Positions 20,815 to 31,498 are shown, numbered from the stretch's first letter. The stretch is 64,000 nt of DNA from an uncultured Chitinophagaceae bacterium (GCA_964367235.1 CAYIXI010000006.1:1269-65268); one strand, 5' to 3'. Program-made: numbers and translations. The notes: a model not told the origin generated them from the sequence alone.

Positions 20815-21303
20815 TTATTTCTTTCTAAACTTTTTGAGTAGTAAATTTTCTACATATTTTGGAACAAGTCCGCTGATATCGCCACCGAGACTTGCAATTT
20901 CCCGAACAATACTTGAATTTAAGTAAGTATATTTTTCATGTGGCATTAAAAATACAGTGCTGATATTTGGAGATAATTTTCTATTCATCAATGCCATTTG
21001 GAATTCATATTCAAAATCAGATACAGCACGTAATCCACGAATTATTGCAATCGACGATTTTGATTCTGCAAATTTTACTAAAAGTCCACTATTTAATTCA
21101 ACTGTTACATTTTTGAATTTCTTTTCTTTTATAACTTCTTCAATAATTCTTTTTCTTTCTTTCTCAGAGTAAAGTGGAGACTTCGTTGAATTAACTGCAA
21201 TTACAATTATAATTGAATCGAACAACGCGCTGGCTCTTTCGATAATATCAACATGACCATTTGTAATTGGGTCAAATGTTCCGGGATAAATTGCAATCTT
21301 CAT
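20815..21303 (-). CDS. coaD: Phosphopantetheine adenylyltransferase
   Basis: MKIAIYPGTFDPITNGH N-terminus. Confidence 0.95.
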   Translation of the reverse strand: MKIAIYPGTFDPITNGHVDIIERASALFDSIIIVIAVNSTKSPLYSEKERKRIIEEVIKEKKFKNVTVELNSGLLVKFAESKSSIAIIRGLRAVSDFEYEFQMALMNRKLSPNISTVFLMPHEKYTYLNSSIVREIASLGGDISGLVPKYVENLLLKKFRKK

Positions 21304-21857
21304 TTTGTACTCCTTTCAAATTGGAAAAAAGAAACTGCGGTTCTTCCATAATTAGAATTTCTCACACATCTGATTTCATCTGTCAAATCAAATTTTAATT
21401 TTACTGGGTGCTCAATCACTAAAAGTCCATCTTGCTCCACTAGATTAGTAAAAAATATCTTCTGAGGCAATTGCGGAAGTTCGGAATCTTCGTAAGGTGG
21501 ATCGGCAAACACAATCGAAAAAGGTGAATGTGAAGAACTCAAATATTGCTCAACCGAAATTGGAATAATATTGCAATTTACCTCTTCGTTTAAATTCAAA
21601 ATATTATTTTTCAAAAATTCAAGAACAGGCGAAGATGACTCGACAAAAGTAATATTTTTTGCACCACGGCTCAAAGCCTCAAGCCCAATGCTTCCGCTTC
21701 CAGCAAACAAATCCAAAACCGTCGCGCCGTTCCAATCAATTCTACTTTGCAGCGAATTAAAAATTGCGCTTTTCACTCTGTCGGTTGCAGGGCGAACAGA
21801 TAAATCGTTCACGGTGTGCAAAATTCGTCCTCGATGTTTTCCAGCGATAATGCGCAT
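21300..21857 (-). CDS. rsmD: 16S rRNA (guanine966-N2)-methyltransferase RsmD
   Basis: MRIIAGKHRGR, DLFAGSG, DPPY motifs. Confidence 0.9.
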   Translation of the reverse strand: MRIIAGKHRGRILHTVNDLSVRPATDRVKSAIFNSLQSRIDWNGATVLDLFAGSGSIGLEALSRGAKNITFVESSSPVLEFLKNNILNLNEEVNCNIIPISVEQYLSSSHSPFSIVFADPPYEDSELPQLPQKIFFTNLVEQDGLLVIEHPVKLKFDLTDEIRCVRNSNYGRTAVSFFQFERSTK

Positions 21858-21859
21858 TT

Positions 21860-22747
21860 TTACTCGATTCTTATGGCTATTCCGGCGGTTGAAATAAATT
21901 GCGCTGGATTATTTTGCGTGCCATTTTTATTTTTTGATGATTTACTCAATTCGAAAGAAGAAAATGGATTTAGAATTATGATTGGTGAATTTAAAAGATT
22001 TTTTAATGGCGAAGTCAAAACTGAATTTGCAAATCGTCCATGAACAAAAATTTGTTTTACGCCGGCTTCAATAATAAATTTTGTGATTTGTTCGTAACAC
22101 AAAGGATTGCTGATTGAGAAAATCGAAAATGCTTCGCAAATTTTATTATTAAGAATACTGATATCAAAAGATAATTCATCTGCACCGATAAGTGAAACCT
22201 TTTGATTTAATTTATTATTAGTTGATGAAAGAAAATGTTCAGCACCGAAATGATCTATTTCGATTATATTCATTTTCTTTTTTAACTTAACGGCAATATC
22301 ATCTAAAAATTTAATTAACGATTTTTTTATTCCAACTAAAAGATAATTATGCGTTGCTACATTTGTTTGAGAGGGAAGTTGATGTGAGCTGATTAAATAA
22401 TCGGTTGAAGTTGAATTTAATAAATTGTGGTTTAGTTCCCACTGAATAACTGATTGGATTTCTGTCTCTTTTAAATTCGAATCAATCGGAATTGTTGAAA
22501 GAAAAACCGAATGTGAATTTAGAGCAAATGAAATATTTGGAGCAACACTATTAATGGAAATAAGAAAATTTTTCAACTCCTCAAACATTAAATCTTTTTG
22601 CGAAAAAATTGAATCGAGATCGTCAAAATTTATTTTAGAATTATATTGTCCAAAAGTTAATATCCGAATAGTTTTGTCGCGTTCAATTTCAACTGCAGTA
22701 ACAGAATTATTTTCTAGCGCAATTGCAATATGTTGAAAAGTGCTCAC
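21860..22747 (-). CDS. Hypothetical protein, possibly actin-fold (PilM/FtsA-like); unverified
   Basis: 295 aa, tightly packed between comEA and rsmD with 4-nt overlaps. The N-terminus IAIALENNSVTAVEIERDK resembles the PilM/FtsA start. Confidence 0.45.
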   Translation of the reverse strand: MSTFQHIAIALENNSVTAVEIERDKTIRILTFGQYNSKINFDDLDSIFSQKDLMFEELKNFLISINSVAPNISFALNSHSVFLSTIPIDSNLKETEIQSVIQWELNHNLLNSTSTDYLISSHQLPSQTNVATHNYLLVGIKKSLIKFLDDIAVKLKKKMNIIEIDHFGAEHFLSSTNNKLNQKVSLIGADELSFDISILNNKICEAFSIFSISNPLCYEQITKFIIEAGVKQIFVHGRFANSVLTSPLKNLLNSPIIILNPFSSFELSKSSKNKNGTQNNPAQFISTAGIAIRIE

Positions 22748-23175
22748 TTAAATTTTATTCTTGGAATCATTTTTGCAAGTTTTTTATCGCCGATGCCTTT
22801 AATTTTTTTCAAATCTTTTGCATCCTTAAATAATCCTTCTTCTTTTCTAAAAATTAAAATTCTATCAGCAGTTTCTTCTCCAACGCCAGGCAGAAGAATT
22901 AATTCCTCCTTTGTTGCAGTATTAATATTTATAATTGTTCTGTTTGAATCATCCGTTAAATTCTTTTCAGATAATTTTGAAAATGTTTTTGAACGAGATG
23001 TAAAGATGCTATCGTATTTTTCATCAGTAAAAGTTGGAAACTTATCTTGAGTAAAATTTGTTTTGTAAAAATCAATTCCAATTCCAACAACCAAAGTAAT
23101 TGATAAAAAAAACAAAACTTTTTTTTCATTTTTTGTCAAAGCAAGAAAATCTTGCAATCGTTCAAAAAATTTCAT
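22744..23175 (-). CDS. comEA: ComEA-family helix-hairpin-helix DNA-binding protein
   Basis: N-terminal TM anchor and C-terminal INTATKEELILLPGVGEETADRIL HhH motif. Confidence 0.85.
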   Translation of the reverse strand: MKFFERLQDFLALTKNEKKVLFFLSITLVVGIGIDFYKTNFTQDKFPTFTDEKYDSIFTSRSKTFSKLSEKNLTDDSNRTIININTATKEELILLPGVGEETADRILIFRKEEGLFKDAKDLKKIKGIGDKKLAKMIPRIKFK

Positions 23176-24339
23176 TTAAAAAAGGGAGTCTTTAATCTTC
23201 CCGAAAAACGAGCTGTTATTTTGCTTTTCTTTATCGGTAGGATTGATGTGTTCACTAGAATTTAATTCTTTTAACAATTCTTTTTCTTTCGAATTTATTT
23301 TTGAAGGAACCCAAATCTGAATTCTTAAAATCTGATCACCGTGACCATTCGAATTTAATCTATCCAAACCTTTTTCCTTCATTCGAAGAAACTTTCCGGG
23401 CATTGTTCCGGCATCAATTTTAACTTTTGCTTTTCCTTGAAGAGTTGGAACTTCAACCTCAGTTCCTAAAACTGCATCGGGATAACTAATTAACAAATCG
23501 TAAATCACATCATCATTATTTCTGATAAAATGTTGATGCTTCTCCTCGTGAAATTCTACAATCACATCGCCCGATGGTCCGCCTCGTCGTCCAACATTAC
23601 CTTGACCACGAAGAGGAATATAATTTCCTTCCGATACACCAGCAGGAATATTTACTTTTATAGTTGACTCGCCTTGAATTCTTCCTTCACCTTTACAACT
23701 TTGGCAATGTTCTTTTATGATGTAACCAGTTGCTCCGCAAAAAGTACATGGCGCAATATTTACAAATTGACCAAACACAGAACGACTAACTTGACGAAGT
23801 TCGCCAGAGCCATTGCAATGCGGACATTTAGTTTTTGCGCTTCCAATTTTTGCACCGCTTCCGCTACAAGTTGAACAAGAAATATATTTTTTAATTTTTA
23901 ATTTCTTTTCAATTCCAGTTGCAATTTCTTCTAAAGTTAATTTCAATTTTATTTTTAAATCACTTCCAGGTTCGCCACCTTCGTATCTTTGAGATCTTCC
24001 TCTAGAACCAGTGCCACCAAAAAAATCTTCAAAAATTGATCCGCTGAAAACATCGCCGAAGTTTGAAAAAATATCATTGACATTTGAATACTGATGGAAA
24101 TCGCTTCCAGCTCTCATTCCTTCATGACCAAATTTATCGTAACGCGTACGCTTATCGCTATCGCTTAAAACTTCGTAAGCCTCAGATGCTTCTTTAAATT
24201 TATCTTCTGCCTCTTTGTTGTTCGGATTTTTATCGGGATGAAATTGAACTGCTAATTTGCGATAAGCTTTTTTTATTTCATCAGTTGCGGATGAACGACC
24301 AACGCCAAGAATTTCGTAATAATCTTTTTTATGTCCCAT
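23176..24339 (-). CDS. dnaJ: Chaperone DnaJ
   Basis: J-domain HPD ([13 protein letters not shown]), G/F region and four CxxCxGxG zinc repeats. Confidence 0.95.
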   Translation of the reverse strand: MGHKKDYYEILGVGRSSATDEIKKAYRKLAVQFHPDKNPNNKEAEDKFKEASEAYEVLSDSDKRTRYDKFGHEGMRAGSDFHQYSNVNDIFSNFGDVFSGSIFEDFFGGTGSRGRSQRYEGGEPGSDLKIKLKLTLEEIATGIEKKLKIKKYISCSTCSGSGAKIGSAKTKCPHCNGSGELRQVSRSVFGQFVNIAPCTFCGATGYIIKEHCQSCKGEGRIQGESTIKVNIPAGVSEGNYIPLRGQGNVGRRGGPSGDVIVEFHEEKHQHFIRNNDDVIYDLLISYPDAVLGTEVEVPTLQGKAKVKIDAGTMPGKFLRMKEKGLDRLNSNGHGDQILRIQIWVPSKINSKEKELLKELNSSEHINPTDKEKQNNSSFFGKIKDSLF

Positions 24340-24341
24340 AA

Positions 24342-24887
24342 TTAAATTTTTTCTTCGCTTTCAGGTAATGTTGAAACAATTACTTTTGCATGTCTAATTA
24401 CTTTTTCATGCATTTTGTAGCCGCGTTCAATTTCTTCGATGATTGTGTTTGGCGCCAAATCTGCGCGCGGAACCAACATTAGTGCATCGTGAAAGTCAAC
24501 ATTAAATTCTTTTCCGACCGTTTCAAACGCTGAAACGCCTTTAAATTCAAGCAGTTTCATTAGTTTTGAATAAACGAGTTCTACCCCTTTCAAAAATTGT
24601 TCGTTTTCGCCGTGCGTGTCGGCTGATTTTAAAATTCGTGCAAAGTCGTCAACTATCGGTAAAATTTCTGTAATGATTGATTCGCTTGCAAATTTAAAAA
24701 AATTTGTTTGATCGGTTTCTGTACGGCGTTTGAAATTTTCAAACTCGGCGGCTTTGCGTAATAGTTGATCTTTTAAACTTGTTGTTTGATTTTGTAATTC
24801 TATAATTTGTTCGTTTAAAATTTCTATTTCGGATTTAACTGGTTCTAAATTATTTAACTCGTTTGGAATTTCTGTTTCGTTTTGCAT
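24342..24887 (-). CDS. grpE: Nucleotide exchange factor GrpE
   Basis: Coiled-coil N-terminus and GrpE core ([17 protein letters not shown]). Confidence 0.9.
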   Translation of the reverse strand: MQNETEIPNELNNLEPVKSEIEILNEQIIELQNQTTSLKDQLLRKAAEFENFKRRTETDQTNFFKFASESIITEILPIVDDFARILKSADTHGENEQFLKGVELVYSKLMKLLEFKGVSAFETVGKEFNVDFHDALMLVPRADLAPNTIIEEIERGYKMHEKVIRHAKVIVSTLPESEEKI

Positions 24888-24899
24888 AAAAATATTTTT

Positions 24900-25922
24900 T
24901 TAATTAAAAAGTAAAGAGAGAGAGTGAGCAACATAATCTACAAGTGGCATAACTTTATTGTACTGCATTCTTCGAGGACCAATAATTCCGATAGTTCCTG
25001 TTTCAGTTCCGAAAGTATAATTTGATGAAACAACGCTGAATTGTTCTAATCGTCTTTCACCAGTTTCGCAACCGATTGCAACTTTTACTGAATTTGACAT
25101 TTCATTTTTTTTGAAAATATGAATTACCATTTCTTTATTTTCAAGTAATTCTACAATTGTTCTAAATTGATTTACATTTACAAACTCAGGTTGATTGAGA
25201 ACTTCAGTTGGAATATTAATATGCAATGATTCATTTTTAGTTGGCTCAAAAATTTTATCGACAGAGTCAACAAACAATCTAATCAGACTTGTTTCATCAA
25301 TAGATGAATTTTTAATTCTATCTTTGAAAGTTTCTCTAATTTCAGAAATAGTTAAACCAGCAAGTTTTTCATTCAGCACAGTTGTGATTTCATCAATTTT
25401 AAATCGAGAAATTTCCTCGTGAATTTCAATCATTGCAGTTTTAACAATTCCATTATCAAGCGAAAGTAAAACAACAATCTTATTTGAAGAAATATGAACC
25501 AACTCCAATTTTTCCAAAATGGTTTTTTCAAATCTTGGAATTGTTACAATTGAAAGTTGTTTTGTTATCGAACTAATAATTTTTGATGTGAGTCGCAAAA
25601 TTTCTTCTGGTTCATTAGTAGAATTCAGTTGCTGAAGAATTTTTTCTTGATGCGAAAAAGAAACCGTTTCGGGCTCCATTAATTTATCGATGTAAGTTCG
25701 GTATCCCAAATCGGTCGGCACGCGTCCAGCCGAAGTGTGCGGATGCGCCAAATATCCAAACTCCTCCAAATCGGCCATAACATTTCTAATCGTAGCTGGG
25801 CTCAAACCAATTTCAGTTTTTTGAGAAATAAATCGCGAGCCAACAGGCGTAGCCGTGCGAATAAATCGCTCGATTATATTATGCAGAATCGTTTCTTCTC
25901 GTTTTGATAAATTATTGTTCAT
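24900..25922 (-). CDS. hrcA: Heat-inducible transcription repressor HrcA
   Basis: N-terminal winged helix with PVGSRFI and 340 aa length; first gene of hrcA-grpE-dnaJ. Confidence 0.9.
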   Translation of the reverse strand: MNNNLSKREETILHNIIERFIRTATPVGSRFISQKTEIGLSPATIRNVMADLEEFGYLAHPHTSAGRVPTDLGYRTYIDKLMEPETVSFSHQEKILQQLNSTNEPEEILRLTSKIISSITKQLSIVTIPRFEKTILEKLELVHISSNKIVVLLSLDNGIVKTAMIEIHEEISRFKIDEITTVLNEKLAGLTISEIRETFKDRIKNSSIDETSLIRLFVDSVDKIFEPTKNESLHINIPTEVLNQPEFVNVNQFRTIVELLENKEMVIHIFKKNEMSNSVKVAIGCETGERRLEQFSVVSSNYTFGTETGTIGIIGPRRMQYNKVMPLVDYVAHSLSLLFN

Positions 25923-26037
25923 TATTTTTAAAAGGGAAAATCAAACTTATTCTGAAAAATAAGAATTTTTACAAGGCAAAACAAGGTGCGATAATGTGTC
26001 TTTTAAAACATCTTTTCTTATTTTACAAAATAAAATT

Positions 26038-26868
26038 ATGAGTTCAGAATTAATAAATCTTGCAAAAGTTCATTACGAAAATTTTCCCGTCGGCTCTTTT
26101 TTTCTGAAAAAAAATATCAAAGAACCGATTCAATTAATTTATACTTTTGCTCGTGTTGCTGATGATTTTGCTGATGAAGGTGATTTTACGATTGAGGAGC
26201 GAATTTTAAAACTCAATAATTGGGAAAAAGAATTTACTATTGCTTTAAATGGAATTTCGTCAATTGAATTTATGAATCAACTTTCAGTTTGCATTGAACA
26301 ATTTAAATTGACAAAACAATATTTTTATGATTTAATCGAAGCTTTTAAAATGGATGCAAATGAAATTAGATTTATAAATTATGACGAATTAAATTATTAT
26401 TGTAGACACAGTGCCAACCCAATTGGAAGATTACTTTTAGAAATTAACGAGTCGAACAATGAAGAAAATAATATTCTCTCCGATAAAATTTGTACAGCGC
26501 TTCAAATAATTAATTTTATTCAAGATGTGAAAAACGATTCTCGAAAAAATAGATGTTATATGCCAATGGATTTAATGAATCGCCACAAATGCAATGAAAC
26601 TGATTTATTGGAAGTAAAAAATGAAAGTGCAAAATTAGTTTTAAAAGAATTACTAACAGACTCAAATAAATTACTAAAAGATGGAAGCGCACTATTAAAA
26701 AAAGTAAATAAAAGTTTCCGTCTCGAATTAAAACTTATTTTTTACAGCGGAAATGAGATTGCAAATAAATTGGAAAAACAATTATTAAATAGTAATTTTA
26801 ACAGACCAAAAATCAATTTAATAGATAAAATTAAGATAGGAGCAAAAACGGTTTCCAGTTATTTATGA
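26038..26868 (+). CDS. Squalene/phytoene-synthase-family enzyme (HpnC or HpnD type)
   Basis: Asp-rich VADDFADEGD motif and second FIQDVKNDSRKNRCYMP motif. The track ORF begins at GTG 25996; ATG is at 26038. Confidence 0.8.
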   Translation: MSSELINLAKVHYENFPVGSFFLKKNIKEPIQLIYTFARVADDFADEGDFTIEERILKLNNWEKEFTIALNGISSIEFMNQLSVCIEQFKLTKQYFYDLIEAFKMDANEIRFINYDELNYYCRHSANPIGRLLLEINESNNEENNILSDKICTALQIINFIQDVKNDSRKNRCYMPMDLMNRHKCNETDLLEVKNESAKLVLKELLTDSNKLLKDGSALLKKVNKSFRLELKLIFYSGNEIANKLEKQLLNSNFNRPKINLIDKIKIGAKTVSSYL

Positions 26869-27716
26869 ATTTATCATTAACAATAGAAAATATCTCGAAA
26901 AATAAAATGAGTACATTTTACTACTCATTTCTTTTTCTTCCAAAGCAAAAAAGAGAAGCAATTTCGCTTGTTTATGCGTGGTGCCGAGCTACGGATGATA
27001 TTGTCGACTCAGATTTGTCAGTTTCAAATAAGCGAGCACGGCTACTTTTATGGGCAAAAGAATTTGATAAAGCAATAAATCATAAATCCGATTACCCGAT
27101 TTTGAATCGAGTTGGTAAAATAATTTCAGAGTTTAATATTCCTGTCGAACATTTCCACGAACTCATCAGCGGAATGGAAATGGATTTAACAAAAACTCGT
27201 TACGAAACTTTCGATGAACTTTTAAATTATTCTTATCGAGTTGCTTCGTCGGTTGGATTGATGTGCACGGAAATATTTGGTTACTCACAAAAGCAAACTA
27301 TTGAGTATTCCAAAATGCTCGGCTATTCTTTGCAGTTAACAAATATTTTACGCGACATAAAAAACGATGCAAAAAGAAATAGAATATATTTACCACTAAG
27401 CGATTTAAGAAAATTCAATTATTCAGAAACCGATTTAATAAATAATCTGTACGATGAAAGATTTATTGCGCTTATGAAATTTCAATTTGAAAGAACAAAA
27501 AATTATTTTTTAGAAACTAAAAGTCTTTTATCGAACGAAGACAAACCATTATTTATAGCGGCAGAAATTATGCGAGCTTTATATTTTGAAATTCTTTTAA
27601 AAATTGAAAAATGCAACTTTGATGTCTTCAATAATAATGTTCGTCTCTCCTCCTTTAAAAAAATAAGTATTGCCTCAAAAACTTGGTGGCAATTGCGAAA
27701 TACAAATGCAGTTTGA
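26865..27716 (+). CDS. Squalene/phytoene-synthase-family enzyme (HpnD or HpnC type)
   Basis: YYSFLFLPKQKREAISLVYAWCRATDDIVD and LRDIKNDAKRNRIYLP motifs; ATGA overlap with the previous gene. Confidence 0.85.
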   Translation: MNLSLTIENISKNKMSTFYYSFLFLPKQKREAISLVYAWCRATDDIVDSDLSVSNKRARLLLWAKEFDKAINHKSDYPILNRVGKIISEFNIPVEHFHELISGMEMDLTKTRYETFDELLNYSYRVASSVGLMCTEIFGYSQKQTIEYSKMLGYSLQLTNILRDIKNDAKRNRIYLPLSDLRKFNYSETDLINNLYDERFIALMKFQFERTKNYFLETKSLLSNEDKPLFIAAEIMRALYFEILLKIEKCNFDVFNNNVRLSSFKKISIASKTWWQLRNTNAV

Positions 27717-29022
27717 TGTTGTAATAGTTGGTGGAGGATTAAGTGGACTTGCCGCATCAATCCAATTATCTCAAGAAAATCTTAAAATAAATTTAATTGA
27801 AAAAAATTCTTATTTAGGTGGAAGAGCTCGATCATTTATTGAAAATAAAACTGGGGACGAAATTGATGATGGACAACATTTAATTTTGGGGTGTTACAAA
27901 AATAGTTTTCAATATTTAAAAAAAATCAAATCCTTAAGTCTTTTAAAATTCCATAATAATTTAGAAATTAATTTTAGATTTGGCAAAAGAAAATTCAAAT
28001 TAAAAGCTTGGAATTTGCCTGCTCCATTTCATATTATATTTTCTTTATTAAATTTAAAATCACTTCAATTAAAAGAGAGAATTAATCTTATTCGTATTGG
28101 TTTTGCGTTGTTTTATAATGAAAAAAATATTTCAAATTTAACCGTTGAAGAGTGGTTAAATAGCCATAAACAAAGCCAAAATGCAAAAAATTATTTGTGG
28201 AATGTGATTTCGGTTGGCGCTTTAAACGGATTACCTCAGAATACTTCGGCAGAAATATTTAAAAATATATTGAAAGAAATATTTTTGTACTCAAACAAAA
28301 ATTCCCGATTTGTAATTCCTAAACTCGGGCTTTCAAAAATATTTGTTGAAGGCGCAGTGAAACATTTAGAAACTCATCGCGTAAAAATATCTTACAACGA
28401 GGCGATTGAAAAAATATTAATTCATAAAAATTCCGTAATTGGAGTTGAATTAAAAAATGGAAATATAATAAAAACCAATTCAGTTGTTTTATCAGTTCCG
28501 CATTCTGAATTAAAAAAAATAGTTACAAATTCAAAAATCGAAAATGATTTTAAATATCTCGATCAATTATCTTTTTCACCAATTCTTAATATCCATCTTT
28601 GGTTTGATAAATATTTTATGAAAGAGGAATTTATTTCAATTCTTGATTCTCCTCTTCATTGGATTTTTAATAAATCAGAATCTTCAAAATTACATTATTT
28701 AACAATTGTAATTAGCGCCGCTCACGAATATATTAATTGGAATAATCAAAATATATTAGAAATGTGCAAAATAGAAATCGAAAAAGTATTTCCTGATTCA
28801 AAAAATGCAAAACTTATTCATCACAAAATTATAAAACAAAAACGCGCTACTTTTTTGCAAACTCCGACAGCAGAAAAATATAGACCAGAAAACAAAACTT
28901 CAATTAATGGATTATTTATAGCAGGGGATTGGACTAAAACGAATTTGCCTGCGACAATTGAAGGTGCAATTTTAAGTGGCAACAATGCCGCGGAGTTGGT
29001 AAAAAAATATTTAATCCGTTAA
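27706..29022 (+). CDS. hpnE: FAD-dependent amine-oxidase-family hydroxysqualene dehydroxylase
   Basis: FDVVIVGGGLSGLAA dinucleotide-binding motif. Start overlaps the preceding SQS-family gene by 11 nt. Context with two SQS paralogs supports the call. Confidence 0.65.
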   Translation: MQFDVVIVGGGLSGLAASIQLSQENLKINLIEKNSYLGGRARSFIENKTGDEIDDGQHLILGCYKNSFQYLKKIKSLSLLKFHNNLEINFRFGKRKFKLKAWNLPAPFHIIFSLLNLKSLQLKERINLIRIGFALFYNEKNISNLTVEEWLNSHKQSQNAKNYLWNVISVGALNGLPQNTSAEIFKNILKEIFLYSNKNSRFVIPKLGLSKIFVEGAVKHLETHRVKISYNEAIEKILIHKNSVIGVELKNGNIIKTNSVVLSVPHSELKKIVTNSKIENDFKYLDQLSFSPILNIHLWFDKYFMKEEFISILDSPLHWIFNKSESSKLHYLTIVISAAHEYINWNNQNILEMCKIEIEKVFPDSKNAKLIHHKIIKQKRATFLQTPTAEKYRPENKTSINGLFIAGDWTKTNLPATIEGAILSGNNAAELVKKYLIR

Positions 29023-30195
29023 CGGCAAATAAATTATAATTTTTGTTCCAACATTTTGTTCACTTTGGATTTCAATTCCACCGCCATGCGAATCGACAAT
29101 ATTTTTCACAATCGCCATTCCAAGTCCAGTTCCATGTTTTTTCCCAAAAGTAACAAACGGCTCAAAAATTCTTTTTTGCACTTCTTCGGGCATCCCAATT
29201 CCCGAATCGGCAAAACAAATTTCAATTCGGTTATTAATTTTATTTGATGAGACAGTTAAACTTCCTCCATTTGGCATTGCATCTGCAGCGTTTCCTGCGA
29301 TATTGAAAAAAACGCGACCAAGTTTTTCCGTATCGATTTTAACATTTCCGAAATAATTTAATTCACGATTTAATTTGATATTTCTTTTCTGTAAATCTTT
29401 ATTGATAAAAATTAGCGCAGCATCTAAAACATCATTTAGTGAAATGATTTCAAAATTTGTTGCACTCACTCCGCGCGAGTAATCCAAAATTTCCTGCGTC
29501 ATATTTACAAATCTATCAACTTGATGAATAATTTCATCTGCGAGTTGAATTGTTTCACTATCAGTAACTTTCTTTTTGATTGATTGCGCGTAAACTCTTA
29601 ATGTCCCCATCGGATTTTTTATATCATGAATTATTGTTCCAGCCATTTGACCGATTGCAGAGAGCCTTTCTTTTTGTAACATACTTTGAATGATTTGCGT
29701 ATTTTCAATTGCAATTGCGGCGTGAACAGAAAGCGCATTTAACATTTCAACATCATCTTGCAAAAAGAAATTATTTCGTTTATTTAAAAGTTGAAACACA
29801 CCGATTGTTTTATCATTTTTATTTTTTAATGGAAGAGTTAATATAGTTTTTGTTTTATATCCGCTTTGTTTATCAATTTCTTGATTAAACCTCGAATCGG
29901 AATACGCATCATCAATTAAAATTGTTTCACCAGATTTTGCGACCGTGCCAGAAATTCCAACTCCCAATTTAAGTCTAATCTCAATCATCTCACCACCTCT
30001 AATTGTTTTCGACCAAATTTCACCAGCAAGTTCATCAATTAAAAAAAGTGTTCCTCGTTCGCAATCAATTAAATTTACAGCCGTATCAACAATAATATTT
30101 AGGAGTTCATCTAAATTTAATGATGAGTTTAAAATTTTTGAGGCTTCAATTAATTTTAAAAGCTTTTCGCGATCTGTAATGTTTGTGTGTGGCAT
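29011..30195 (-). CDS. Cytoplasmic sensor histidine kinase with N-terminal GAF domain (orphan, no adjacent response regulator)
   Basis: GAF domain, H-box IIHDIKNP, N/G boxes (GNAADAM, DSGIGM, GTGLGM). Convergent 12-nt overlap with hpnE. Confidence 0.85.
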   Translation of the reverse strand: MPHTNITDREKLLKLIEASKILNSSLNLDELLNIIVDTAVNLIDCERGTLFLIDELAGEIWSKTIRGGEMIEIRLKLGVGISGTVAKSGETILIDDAYSDSRFNQEIDKQSGYKTKTILTLPLKNKNDKTIGVFQLLNKRNNFFLQDDVEMLNALSVHAAIAIENTQIIQSMLQKERLSAIGQMAGTIIHDIKNPMGTLRVYAQSIKKKVTDSETIQLADEIIHQVDRFVNMTQEILDYSRGVSATNFEIISLNDVLDAALIFINKDLQKRNIKLNRELNYFGNVKIDTEKLGRVFFNIAGNAADAMPNGGSLTVSSNKINNRIEICFADSGIGMPEEVQKRIFEPFVTFGKKHGTGLGMAIVKNIVDSHGGGIEIQSEQNVGTKIIIYLPLTD

Positions 30196-30226
30196 TATTT
30201 AAAAGTACAATGTTACTGAATAAGAT

Positions 30227-31498
30227 TCAATGTGGAATTTTATCAATTATATTTTTTACATGAGAAAAATTTCTTTTACTTACTCGAAGTTTAATATTTA
30301 CAACTTCATTTTCATATTCGGTTTTTACAAATTCAGCCAAGTTACGAAGTTGAACAATCGATTTATATTCAGAAATTGGAATTGTAAATCGGATTTCCTC
30401 AAATGTTTCGTGAACAATTTCCGCGATTTTCTCCCGTAATCCCAACAGATTTATCCCTCGCTGTGCAGAAATTGCAACGGAAGGAGAAAATTTAGATTGC
30501 AATTCTCGCAAGATTGATCTATCTGGGAGCTGATCGATTTTATTAAAAACAAATAAAATATTTTTTCCACCTGCACCGATTTCTTCCAATGTAGAATTTA
30601 CAACTTCAATATGATCCTCAAGATGCGGATGAGTTGTATCGATAACATGCAAAAGCAAATCTGCCTCGACAACTTCTTCAAGTGTACTTTTAAAAGAGGC
30701 GACCAAACCGTGCGGAAGTTTGCGAATAAATCCGACAGTATCGCTCATTAAAATATTTAGTGTTGGAGAAACAGCAAGAGACCGAGTTGTTGTATCGAGC
30801 GTAGCGAAGAGACGATTTTCGACAAACACATTTGCATCTGAAAGTGCATTTAACAAAGTTGACTTGCCAGCATTTGTGTAACCAACAATCGCAACATTAA
30901 AAAGTTCTTTTCTTCCGCTTCGTTGAGTTTGTCTTTGAAGAGAAATTTTTTCCAATTTCTTTTTTAAAGTAGAAATTCTTTCACGCACAATTCGTCTATC
31001 AGTTTCAATTTGTGTTTCGCCGGGACCTTTTGTGCCGATACCACCAAATTGTTTTGAAAGATGAGTCCATTGTCGAGTTAGTCGAGGTAAAAGATATTCC
31101 ATTTGCGCAAGTTCAACCTGCGTGCGAGCTTCATTTGATTTTGCTCGTCGCGCAAAAATATCTAAAATAAGTCCACTTCGATCAATCACTTTTCTTTCTA
31201 TAACTCGTTCAAGATTTCTTAATTGAACAGGAGATAAATCATCATCAAAAATAATTATTTGAATGTCATCACCAATTGCTATATTTTTTATTTCTTCAAC
31301 TTTTCCTTTTCCAATATAAAACGCAGAATCAATTCCATCTCGTTCCTGTAAAATACGATGTTGTACAGTTGCTCCGGCAGTATCTGCAAGCAAAGTTAAT
31401 TCGTTCAAATATTCAAACGCTTGATGTTTTGAAATATTTCGAGTCGCAACACCAACAACAATTGCTCGTTCGGATTGGGTTGTAATTAATTCAATCAT
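30227..31498 (-). CDS. hflX: GTPase HflX
   Basis: GYTNAGKSTL G1 motif, HflX N-domain and DTVGF. Confidence 0.9.
   Translation of the reverse strand: MIELITTQSERAIVVGVATRNISKHQAFEYLNELTLLADTAGATVQHRILQERDGIDSAFYIGKGKVEEIKNIAIGDDIQIIIFDDDLSPVQLRNLERVIERKVIDRSGLILDIFARRAKSNEARTQVELAQMEYLLPRLTRQWTHLSKQFGGIGTKGPGETQIETDRRIVRERISTLKKKLEKISLQRQTQRSGRKELFNVAIVGYTNAGKSTLLNALSDANVFVENRLFATLDTTTRSLAVSPTLNILMSDTVGFIRKLPHGLVASFKSTLEEVVEADLLLHVIDTTHPHLEDHIEVVNSTLEEIGAGGKNILFVFNKIDQLPDRSILRELQSKFSPSVAISAQRGINLLGLREKIAEIVHETFEEIRFTIPISEYKSIVQLRNLAEFVKTEYENEVVNIKLRVSKRNFSHVKNIIDKIPH

Noticed and set aside
25923-25995. A near-palindrome cttattctgaaaaataagaat in the hrcA/hpnC divergent leader as an operator.
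   Set aside because: On inspection it is a mirror repeat rather than a reverse-complement repeat, so it cannot form a hairpin or a classic dyad site.
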